DNA of 64,000 nt from Candidatus Cloacimonadota bacterium (GTDB lineage: Bacteria; Cloacimonadota; Cloacimonadia; G963667145): NCBI GenBank assembly GCA_963667255.1, contig OY762940.1:1056001-1120000 (forward strand). The letters run 5' to 3'. The position numbers were made by a program, and so were the translations under genes. The notes under the pieces were generated by a model. The model did not search any database. It was not told where the DNA came from and saw only the letters and a program-made list of their open reading frames with translations. Below, one piece after another: positions 50,663-58,858 of this stretch; position 1 is the first letter of the stretch; each line of letters begins with the position of its first letter.

Positions 50663-51789
50663 TGATTACAAAGGAAAAGATATTAAAAGGTTATAAAACC
50701 GCGGAGGCTCGATGGGCAAGATTTGGTCCATATTATGCCATGTTTCCTTTGGATTTTGCATTTGAGGTTGTTGAGAAATACTCAAAAAAAGGTGATTACA
50801 TACTTGACCCTTTTGCAGGTAGATGTAGCAGTATCTATGCTGGTGGTGTGCTTGGTCGAGTTAGCTTAGGTATTGAAATTAATCCCGTAGGCTGGCTCTT
50901 TGGGAAAGTAAAATTAGAACCTGCAGATAAGGAAGATGTAATTGACCGTTTACTTGAAATTTATGGTAAGCGAAATTATTATAGATGCTCAACTAAAAAA
51001 TTACCAGAATTTTATAGGATATGTTATAGCGATGAAGTCCTAAAATTCCTATTAGCAGCGAGAGCAAATCTTGACTGGATAAATAATGACATTGATGCAA
51101 CTCTTATGTCAATTCTTTTGGTTTACTTACATGGTAAATTAGGAGAATGTTTGTCAAATCAAATGAGAATGACAAAGTCAATGGGAATGAACTATTCTGT
51201 TGAATGGTGGAAAAAAAATGGACTAACAAAACCACCTGAAATTAATCCCTTTGAATTCATTCTTAAAAAGATTGAATGGAGATATGAAAAAGGGACACCA
51301 AATGTTACTGAAAGTGCAGTTGTATTTGGTGATAGTTCTAATCAATTAATCAACATTTCAGAGAGAGCCATTCAAAATGATATTAAATTTTCGCTTCTGT
51401 TTACATCTCCACCATATTATTCAATCACAGATTACCATGCAGACCAGTGGCTGAGATTATGGCTGTTAGGAGGTTCAGAAAATCCGCAATCATTAAAAGA
51501 CAAACATAAAGGAAGATTTGTAAACAAAGTTGATTACTACAATTTACTTGATACTGTATTTGAACTTAGTTCACGAATGATGGACGAAAGGAGTACAATT
51601 TATGTCAGGACAGACAAGCGTGAATTTACTTTTAATTCTACTTTAGAGATTTTAAACAAGCATTTTCCAAATTATAAAACAAAGATTATTGAAAAGCCTT
51701 TAACTAAAGACACCAAGACTCAGACAAAATTATTTGGTGACAAATCAATGAAGCCTGGAGAAGTTGATATAATATTACAAATAGAATAA
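50662..51789 (+). CDS. Site-specific DNA methyltransferase (N4-C/N6-A)
   Basis: Motif I LDPFAG, GIEINP, catalytic FTSPPY; TGATG overlap with the upstream gene. Confidence 0.85.
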   Translation: MITKEKILKGYKTAEARWARFGPYYAMFPLDFAFEVVEKYSKKGDYILDPFAGRCSSIYAGGVLGRVSLGIEINPVGWLFGKVKLEPADKEDVIDRLLEIYGKRNYYRCSTKKLPEFYRICYSDEVLKFLLAARANLDWINNDIDATLMSILLVYLHGKLGECLSNQMRMTKSMGMNYSVEWWKKNGLTKPPEINPFEFILKKIEWRYEKGTPNVTESAVVFGDSSNQLINISERAIQNDIKFSLLFTSPPYYSITDYHADQWLRLWLLGGSENPQSLKDKHKGRFVNKVDYYNLLDTVFELSSRMMDERSTIYVRTDKREFTFNSTLEILNKHFPNYKTKIIEKPLTKDTKTQTKLFGDKSMKPGEVDIILQIE

Positions 51790-51826
51790 TTAGCTGTTTT
51801 TTAAGAAATAGTTGTATAATTCTTTT

Positions 51827-52489
51827 TCACTCCCCAACCACTCTCATCTCATAATTTCCCAAATCAGCGAGCAAGATTTTATTTAATAGTTTCGGCTTTC
51901 TCCAAACCACATTTATAACTTCGTCGGCTATCAAACTGCCAATAAACATCACGGATTGCGGGCAGATAGCACGGGAAATAGCATTGTCATCTTTTCTTTT
52001 GTATAGCTCGTCCAAGCTTAAAAAATCGCTTTCTCCGTGAAAAGTGGCGACTTGCCCGTATTTTTTTTCTACCGCTCCATGCACCAAGAAATTTTGTTTG
52101 CCGACCAATTTTTGAATTTGTTTTTTGGTTGCAAAGCCGTCCACACAATCCACAAAGCAATCAGATGAGTGGATTTCGCTTGTTTTGTTTATATCTTGCA
52201 AATGGCAATAAATTTGGCAGTCGGGATTTATTTGGCTCAATTTGGCAAAAGCAGTTTCCGTTTTGAGTTTGCCGATATCTTGGCTATCATACAAAAGCTG
52301 TCTGCCAATGTCGGAATCATTGATTTTGCCGTTGTCGTATAGATGGAAATTTTGCACTCCAGCACGAATTAAAACTTGCAAAACACTGCAACCAAGTCCG
52401 CCCAAGCCGAAAATGCTAATCTTACAATTTTTCAAAATTTCTTGTTTTTCTTTGCCCCAGAGCATCTCGTTTCTACTGAAAAAATTCAT
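51827..52489 (-). CDS. moeB: ThiF/MoeB family adenylyltransferase
   Basis: FSRN, GLGGLG, DIGRQLLY, DIGKLK, DCVD. Confidence 0.82.
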   Translation of the reverse strand: MNFFSRNEMLWGKEKQEILKNCKISIFGLGGLGCSVLQVLIRAGVQNFHLYDNGKINDSDIGRQLLYDSQDIGKLKTETAFAKLSQINPDCQIYCHLQDINKTSEIHSSDCFVDCVDGFATKKQIQKLVGKQNFLVHGAVEKKYGQVATFHGESDFLSLDELYKRKDDNAISRAICPQSVMFIGSLIADEVINVVWRKPKLLNKILLADLGNYEMRVVGE

Positions 52490-52636
52490 AAATCAACTCC
52501 TAATTGCATATTAGACAGTTTGTAATGCTATTTTATTTTAGCAAGAAAAATTTGAGATTAATGGCATCATATTTAATATTACTTGACATCAGCATAAATC
52601 AATCAGATTAGTGCCGTAGAAATAAGGAGATTTTTT

Positions 52637-53842
52637 ATGGAAGGTAAAGTTTTAGTTGCACAGGGAGGAGGTCCTACCGCTGTGATTAATCAGTCGCTGG
52701 TAGGAGTGGTTTTGGAGTCTCGCAAATTCCCTCAAGTTACCAGAGTGTATGGCTCTCTTAATGGTTTGGAAGGCATAGTAAACGAGAATTTTTTGGATTT
52801 GACTCAAGAAACTACTCACAATTTGGAACAAGTTGCCTTGACGCCTTCTTCCGCATTATTGTCCACCAGAATCAAACCTGATGCAGCTTATTGTAAGAAG
52901 ATTTTTGCAGTGCTAAAAAAATATAATATTCGCTATTTCTTCTATATCGGAGGCAACGATTCGTCTGATACCGTGAGAATAGTGAAAGAAGAGGCTGTGA
53001 AAGATGGTTACGATTTCAGGGCAATTCATATTCCCAAGACTATCGACAACGATTTGGTCGGCAATGATCATTCTCCAGGTTACGGCTCTGCTGCCCGCTT
53101 TGTTGCTCAGGCTTTTATGGGAGTCAATTTGGACAACAAGGCTTTGCCAGGAGTTTACATAGGCGTAATAATGGGTCGTCATGCGGGCTGGCTCACCGCT
53201 GCCTCCAGTTTGGCTCAAAAGTATCCCGATGATGGTCCGCACTTGATATATTTGCCGGAGAGAGCCTTTGATAAGCAAAAGTTTATTGGGGATATAAAGG
53301 CTGTTTATGCGAAATTCGGTCGCTGTGTGGTGGCTGTTTCCGAGGGCATCGTTGATAAGGATGGCATAGAGATTATTACCAAGTTGATGACAAATCAGGA
53401 GTGTGATGCACACGGCAATGTGCAGTTGTCGGGAACAGGAGCTTTGGGCGATTTGTTGGCTGAGTATGTTAGGAAAAATACGGATATTTCCCGAGTGAGA
53501 GCGGACACTTTCGGCTATCTGCAAAGGTCTTTTTATGGATGTGTTTCCGATGTTGACCAGAGTGAAGCCAGAGAAATTGCCGAGAGAGCTGTGCAATTTG
53601 CCATTTGGCACAAAGAGGATGGCTCTATGAGTATTCAGAGAACAGGGTTTTATTCTGTGGATTACAAGCTAATTCCTATCGAGGAAGTTGCTGGCAAGAC
53701 AAGAAAAGTCCCAGATTATTATATAAACGAAAAAGGGAATAATGTTACCGAAGAGCTGAAATACTATTTGCGACCTCTTGTCGGTTCAGGGTTTCAACTA
53801 CCTAATCGTTTGAGAGCTCCGAGAGTGGAAAAAATTTTATGA
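52637..53842 (+). CDS. 6-phosphofructokinase, probably PPi-dependent
   Basis: [30 protein letters not shown]. Confidence 0.9.
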   Translation: MEGKVLVAQGGGPTAVINQSLVGVVLESRKFPQVTRVYGSLNGLEGIVNENFLDLTQETTHNLEQVALTPSSALLSTRIKPDAAYCKKIFAVLKKYNIRYFFYIGGNDSSDTVRIVKEEAVKDGYDFRAIHIPKTIDNDLVGNDHSPGYGSAARFVAQAFMGVNLDNKALPGVYIGVIMGRHAGWLTAASSLAQKYPDDGPHLIYLPERAFDKQKFIGDIKAVYAKFGRCVVAVSEGIVDKDGIEIITKLMTNQECDAHGNVQLSGTGALGDLLAEYVRKNTDISRVRADTFGYLQRSFYGCVSDVDQSEAREIAERAVQFAIWHKEDGSMSIQRTGFYSVDYKLIPIEEVAGKTRKVPDYYINEKGNNVTEELKYYLRPLVGSGFQLPNRLRAPRVEKIL

Positions 53843-54951
53843 GGCAAACCATGAAAAAAAAATGTTTGGTTGTAACAGGTGGCGGTGACTGCCCGGGTTT
53901 GAATGCGGTTATCAGAGCGATAGTAAAGCGTGCCGATAGTGAGCCAGACTGGGAAATCTGGGGTAGCATGGATGCGTATAATGGTGTTTTGCAACAGCCT
54001 TGGCGGCTTATCAGATTGGACAAGAAAAAGGTTTCCGGTATTCATGTGCAGGGTGGCACTATTTTGGGAACTACCAACAAAGGTGGTCCTTTCGGATTTC
54101 CTGTGAAAAATTCCGACGGAGAGATTGTTTTGGAAGATAGGTCAGATTTGATGATTAGAGAGCTGAAAGAGGCTGGATTTGAGGCAGTTATCAGTATTGG
54201 CGGTGACGGCTCACAAACTATAAGCCAAAAGCTTTTTGAAAAAGGCTTGAATATGGTTGGTGTGCCGAAGACTATCGACAACGATTTGTCTTGCACCGAC
54301 TACACTTTTGGGTTCTCCACCGCTGTAGATGTGGCGACAGATGCGATAGACAAATTGGTAACGACCGCTGCGTCTCATCATCGTGTTTTGATTTTGGAAG
54401 TTATGGGCAGATATGCTGGTTGGATTGCTTTGCACAGTTCGTTGGCAGCCGGAGCGGAAATCTGTTTAATTCCCGAGATACCTTACGATTTGGAGATTGT
54501 GAAGAATAAAATCAAAGAGCGGACAGAGAGGAAAGGGTTCTTGATTTTGGTAGTTGCCGAGGGTGCGAAGCCCAAAGATGGCGACATTTTCAGCAAAAAA
54601 AGCGAAGAGGTTGGGCATGAACAAAATGTTTTGGGTGGAATAGGTTTGCAATTGGAAAAATTGTTTAGCTCTGACCCCACAATAACAGCGGATGTTCGCA
54701 CCTCTGTGCTTGGGCACTTGCAACGCGGAGGCAGACCGAGTGCTTTTGACCGCAATCTTGCCACACAATTTGGCGTGAAAGCGTTTGAGATGGTGCTGAA
54801 TAAAGAGTTTGGCAAAATGGTGGTGGTCAATCACAAGAAAATGGAGTCCGTGAGCCTGAAAGAAGCAATCTCAACTTACAATTTGGTGGATAAAAACTCC
54901 GATATGATTAAGACCGCTAGAGGTGTGGGGATTTGCTTCGGAGACGAATAA
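53839..54951 (+). CDS. pfkA: 6-phosphofructokinase, probably ATP-dependent
   Basis: [39 protein letters not shown]. Confidence 0.92.
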   Translation: MRQTMKKKCLVVTGGGDCPGLNAVIRAIVKRADSEPDWEIWGSMDAYNGVLQQPWRLIRLDKKKVSGIHVQGGTILGTTNKGGPFGFPVKNSDGEIVLEDRSDLMIRELKEAGFEAVISIGGDGSQTISQKLFEKGLNMVGVPKTIDNDLSCTDYTFGFSTAVDVATDAIDKLVTTAASHHRVLILEVMGRYAGWIALHSSLAAGAEICLIPEIPYDLEIVKNKIKERTERKGFLILVVAEGAKPKDGDIFSKKSEEVGHEQNVLGGIGLQLEKLFSSDPTITADVRTSVLGHLQRGGRPSAFDRNLATQFGVKAFEMVLNKEFGKMVVVNHKKMESVSLKEAISTYNLVDKNSDMIKTARGVGICFGDE

Positions 54952-54952
54952 A

Positions 54953-55042
54953 TGGCGGAGATGTAGGGATTCGAACCCTAGATACAGGTAACCGTATACA
55001 CGCTTTCCAAGCGTGCTCCTTCAACCACTCGGACACATCTCC
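54953..55042 (-). tRNA. tRNA-Ser(GGA)
   Basis: Reverse complement GGAGATGTGTCCGAGTGG...CACGC-TTGGAAA-GCGTG, long variable arm, GGTTCGAATCC, ends CCA; 90 nt. Confidence 0.95.
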
Positions 55043-55060
55043 ATATAAATTTCAAAAAGA

Positions 55061-55438
55061 TTAGAGTTCAGCTACGACGAATGCGATTGCTGTCTCTTTT
55101 TCGTGAGAGATACTTAGATTAATTTTTTTAATTCCAAGGCTCTCACATTTTTTTTTTGTCTCGAAATGCAAAGCGATGTCAACTTTTCCGTTTTCGCTCT
55201 TCACAACTTCGACTTGATTTGGACTGACTCCATCGCTAAAGCCGGTTCCTAACGCTTTGCTAAAAGCCTCTTTAGCTGCAAATCTCGCTGCGAAGTGTAT
55301 AGCCGGATTTGGCTTGCATTGACAAAAAGAGATTTCTTCTTCCAAAAAAATCTTCTGCAAGAACTTATCACCAAATTTCTCAATCGATTTCTGTATTCTT
55401 GCTACTTCGACGATATCAACACCAATTCCGTAAATCAT
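55061..55438 (-). CDS. acpS: Holo-[acyl-carrier-protein] synthase
   Basis: [33 protein letters not shown]; true start 55438 (the longer ORF runs through the tRNA). Confidence 0.95.
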   Translation of the reverse strand: MIYGIGVDIVEVARIQKSIEKFGDKFLQKIFLEEEISFCQCKPNPAIHFAARFAAKEAFSKALGTGFSDGVSPNQVEVVKSENGKVDIALHFETKKKCESLGIKKINLSISHEKETAIAFVVAEL

Positions 55439-55460
55439 ATCTATATTCCAAACAAAAAAA

Positions 55461-55537
55461 TGGCACGCCCGTAGGGATTCGAACCCCAAACCTTCTGATC
55501 CGTAGTCAGATGCTCTATCCAATTGAGCCACGGGCGC
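55461..55537 (-). tRNA. tRNA-Arg(ACG)
   Basis: Reverse complement GCGCCCGTGGCTCAATTGGATAGAGCA-TCTGA-CTACGGA-TCAGA...GGTTCGAATCC...CCA; 77 nt. Confidence 0.96.
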
Positions 55538-55796
55538 AACGACCGATACAAAGTTAAGAGGCACGATTTTCAGTCAATATTTTTCTTTGTGAAATGGCGG
55601 GAAACCTAATATGTATAGATTTGAGTTATAAATAGGGAATTTGCTTGACGGGAATATTGGGAGTTTAAAACAATTTAGAATAAGATTTCCAGGAGGGAAC
55701 AATTGAAGTATAAAATTTTAGAATTTTATCAAAAATTGTTGAAGAATATATGAAACTGTTTACTAAAAATTTAAAAAAGACAGAAGTTAATAAAAA

Positions 55797-56339
55797 ATGA
55801 GAACACTCACAATGCCTAACGAAATCAATCTAACCCAACTTAAATCATCTGACGCTGTTGCCATTTTTAATACAATCGACAGTCAAAGAGAGTATCTGGG
55901 GAAGTGGTTGCCGTTTGTGGAGTTTACCAAGGAGCTGTCCGACACGGAGGGTTTTGTAAACTCTATCGCCAACGCTCCGCAAGACAGATTTGAGTTCGTT
56001 TTCACGATAAGAAAGTCGGACGAATTTATTGGTTTGATTGGCTTTAAAGACACGGACAGAGTGAACAAAAAGACGGAAATTGGTTATTGGCTCTCTGAGA
56101 AGTATCAGAGGCAGGGAATCGTTACCAAAGCGGTGGAGAGGCTTTGTGATTTTGCCTTTGCTGAGTTGGGAATTAACAGAATCCAGATAAAATGTGCAGT
56201 CGGCAATGAGCCAAGTCGAAAGATTCCACAGCGATTGGGTTTCAAATATGAAGGAATGGAGAGACAAGGAGAATTGCTCACCGGTGGAGTTTACGCAGAT
56301 TTGGAGATTTACAGCAAGTTGAAAAGCGACTGGAGATAA
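55797..56339 (+). CDS. RimJ/RimL family GNAT N-acetyltransferase
   Basis: YLGKWLPFV, EIGYWL, QRQGIVT, NEPSRKIPQRLGF. Confidence 0.9.
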   Translation: MRTLTMPNEINLTQLKSSDAVAIFNTIDSQREYLGKWLPFVEFTKELSDTEGFVNSIANAPQDRFEFVFTIRKSDEFIGLIGFKDTDRVNKKTEIGYWLSEKYQRQGIVTKAVERLCDFAFAELGINRIQIKCAVGNEPSRKIPQRLGFKYEGMERQGELLTGGVYADLEIYSKLKSDWR

Positions 56340-56399
56340 AATTTTCTCTAAATTTGTAAAACTGCTTGACTTGTATAGGCTTAGTTAAATTTTGGCGTG

Positions 56400-56577
56400 G
56401 TAAAAGAAATGAAACTTGAGTTTCTACCTTGCGATGCGGGTCGGTCGAGATTATCGGCTATGACTTTAGAGACATTGTCCAAGGTTTTGATTTTAGATTA
56501 TTATCTGTATTAGGATAATAATCGTAGCTACGATAAATTTTGTAGGCAAGTTGTATTCTTTACAATTTGCCTTTTTT
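56400..56577 (+). promoter_or_regulatory. Structured leader with terminator hairpin upstream of infC-rpmI-rplT (candidate L20 leader)
   Basis: Several stems, then AGGCAAGTTGTA-TTCTT-TACAATTTGCCT-TTTTT at 56544-56577. Confidence 0.55.
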
Positions 56578-56621
56578 ATTGGCAAAAATTAAGTAAAAGA
56601 GAATTGAGGAGGTTAATCATC

Positions 56622-57179
56622 ATTCGAATAAGAAAGGGTAAAGCCAAGCTGAAACCCACCGTATCTAAGGAAAGAATCAATAGAGAAATAAAAGCCGAGA
56701 GTATTAGACTTATTGATGAAGTAGGCAATCAAGTAGGAGTAGTATCGTTGATGGATGGGCTCTCCAGAGCTAGAGCTGCTGAGATGGATTTGGTGGAAAT
56801 TTCTCCAAAGGCAGAGCCACCTGTGTGCAAGATTTTGGATTTTGGTAAGTATCATTATCAAAAAGAAAGAAGCATGCGTGAGTCAAGAAAAAATCAACAT
56901 ATTGTGCTGACGAAAGAGATAAAGTTTGGACCTCTTACCGACGAACATGACTATCAGTTTAAGCTGAAAAATGCGATAAAATTTTTGCAAGCTAAGGACA
57001 AGGTTAGGTTTACAGTTCGGTTCAAGGGTCGTCAATTAGCCAATAAGCAACTGGGTTTTGATTTATTGGAAAAGATTAGAATAGATATGACGGAATACGC
57101 CAAAGTTGACCAAGCTCCTTCCAACGAGGGACGCGTGGTTTACATGGTAATGTCGCCGTTGAGTAGTAAGAATTCATAG
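56622..57179 (+). CDS. infC: Translation initiation factor IF-3
   Basis: RINREI, DLVEISP, PPVCKILDFGK, FKGRQ; probable ATT start 8 nt after AGGAGGT. Confidence 0.95.
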   Translation: MRIRKGKAKLKPTVSKERINREIKAESIRLIDEVGNQVGVVSLMDGLSRARAAEMDLVEISPKAEPPVCKILDFGKYHYQKERSMRESRKNQHIVLTKEIKFGPLTDEHDYQFKLKNAIKFLQAKDKVRFTVRFKGRQLANKQLGFDLLEKIRIDMTEYAKVDQAPSNEGRVVYMVMSPLSSKNS

Positions 57180-57194
57180 AATAGGGAGTTTATT

Positions 57195-57386
57195 ATGCCT
57201 AAGATTAAAACTCGTAAGGGAGCGTCTAAACGATTTAAGTTAACCGCTACGGGGAAAGTAAAAAGAAATCAAGCTTTTGTAGGACACATCATGACCAAGA
57301 AAAGCCCAAAAAGAGAGAGAAACCTAAGAGGTTCTACTTTGGTGAGTAGTGCCGATGTTCCAAGAGTAAAGAGAATGTTGGGTTAG
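57195..57386 (+). CDS. rpmI: 50S ribosomal protein L35
   Basis: MPKIKT...[10 protein letters not shown]. Confidence 0.97.
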   Translation: MPKIKTRKGASKRFKLTATGKVKRNQAFVGHIMTKKSPKRERNLRGSTLVSSADVPRVKRMLG

Positions 57387-57395
57387 GAGGATAAA

Positions 57396-57752
57396 ATGCC
57401 AAGAAGTACAAATAATGTAGCAGCTAAAAAGAGAAGAAAAAAGATTTTAGACTCCGCCAAAGGTTATTTCGGAGCTAAGAGCAAATTGTATCGCACAGCA
57501 AAGTTGGCTGTGGAAAAAAGCGGTGTGTATGCTTATCGTGACCGCAAGGCTCGTAAAAGAGAGTTCAGAAAGTTGTGGATTGTCAGAATCAACGCTGCCG
57601 CCAGAATTAATGGACTTAGTTACAGCAGATTTATAGATGGTCTTGCCAAGAGCAATATTCAATTGGATAGAAAAACTTTGGCGTATTTGGCTATGAACGA
57701 TGCCGATGCTTTTGCTAAAATTTGTGATCAAGTGAAGAGTGTGGCAAATTAA
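57396..57752 (+). CDS. rplT: 50S ribosomal protein L20
   Basis: [26 protein letters not shown]. Confidence 0.97.
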   Translation: MPRSTNNVAAKKRRKKILDSAKGYFGAKSKLYRTAKLAVEKSGVYAYRDRKARKREFRKLWIVRINAAARINGLSYSRFIDGLAKSNIQLDRKTLAYLAMNDADAFAKICDQVKSVAN

Positions 57753-57771
57753 AAAAAATAAGGACTAAATC

Positions 57772-58779
57772 ATGCAGGCAAGGTTAGAGGAAATTTACAA
57801 CGAACTGAAAGAAAAGCTCAACAAAGCCAAGAGTAGTCACGAAATTCAGAATATCAAATCTGCGTTTGTGGGCAAAAAGAGTGAGATTTCGGCTTTGCTT
57901 GCCAGAATGAAAGAGTTGCCGGACAAAGAGAGACCGGAATTTGGTAAACTTGTGAATATCATCAAATCTAAGGCTCTTGTGAAAATTGCTAACGCTTTGG
58001 AATCTCTGGAGCAGAGTAAGGAAGTTGCTGGGGTAGATTTGACTATGCCAGCTGTCCGAAGGAGTTTGGGCAGATTGCATCCTCTTACCATAGTTTCGCG
58101 TCAGATAGAGGATGTCTTTATCTCTATGGGGTTTGAGATTTCCGCTTATGGAGAGGTGGAAGACGAATATCACAATTTTGATGCTCTCAACACTCCTCCT
58201 GACCATTCTTCGCGAAATGTTACCGACACTTTTTATGTGAAAGGTGGCAAACTCTTGCGTTCGCAAACTTCTACCGAGCAGATACGGGTGATGGAAAACT
58301 TCAAGCCACCGATTAAGATTATCTCGTTGGGAAGGTGTTATCGCAAAGACAGTCCAGACGCTTCTCATTCACCGGTTTTTCATCAGGTGGAGGCTCTCGT
58401 AGTTACGGAGAATACCACTTTTACGGATTTGCGAGACACCTTGCAAATGTTCGCTACCAAGATGTTCGGAGAGGGTGTTAAGTCTCGTTTCAGACCGCAT
58501 TTTTTCCCGTTTACAGAGCCGAGTGGCGAGATAGATATTTCGTGCGTGTCTTGTGGTGGCAAGGGTTGTGCCGTCTGCAAGAATAGCGGTTGGTTGGAAA
58601 TGGGCGGTTGTGGTATGGTTGACCCGAATGTGTTGCAAAATGTTGGCATCGACCCCGAAAAATATAGTGGATTTGCCTTCGGTTTGGGGATAGACAGGAT
58701 TACGATGTTGAAATACAATATTCCCGATATTAGGATGCTTTTTGAAAACGATGTGGAGTTTTTGAAACAGTTTAAATAG
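57772..58779 (+). CDS. pheS: Phenylalanine--tRNA ligase alpha subunit
   Basis: NFDALN, DASHSPVFHQVE, FPFTEPS, GFAFGLG. Confidence 0.97.
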   Translation: MQARLEEIYNELKEKLNKAKSSHEIQNIKSAFVGKKSEISALLARMKELPDKERPEFGKLVNIIKSKALVKIANALESLEQSKEVAGVDLTMPAVRRSLGRLHPLTIVSRQIEDVFISMGFEISAYGEVEDEYHNFDALNTPPDHSSRNVTDTFYVKGGKLLRSQTSTEQIRVMENFKPPIKIISLGRCYRKDSPDASHSPVFHQVEALVVTENTTFTDLRDTLQMFATKMFGEGVKSRFRPHFFPFTEPSGEIDISCVSCGGKGCAVCKNSGWLEMGGCGMVDPNVLQNVGIDPEKYSGFAFGLGIDRITMLKYNIPDIRMLFENDVEFLKQFK

Positions 58780-58858
58780 AAGAAGTTAGATAGCAAAATT
58801 TATTTGCCTTACTGCTTCCATCCGCTTTTGATAGAGTTGTAGTTTTTTAGGAGACAAA

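Noticed and set aside
46202..51826. Composite transposon or tRNA-integrated island
   Set aside because: Only one IS, whose TSD flanks itself; no integrase, second IS or duplicated tRNA 3' end was found by eye.
51827..52489. ThiF/E1-like gene as a fourth component of the defence cassette
   Set aside because: It is convergent, has host-like composition, and is explained as the MoeB partner of the nearby MoaD; no E2/JAB genes are present.
55439..55564. N-terminal extension of acpS in the ORF track
   Set aside because: It is translated tRNA-Arg sequence; AcpS begins at MIYGIG (55438).
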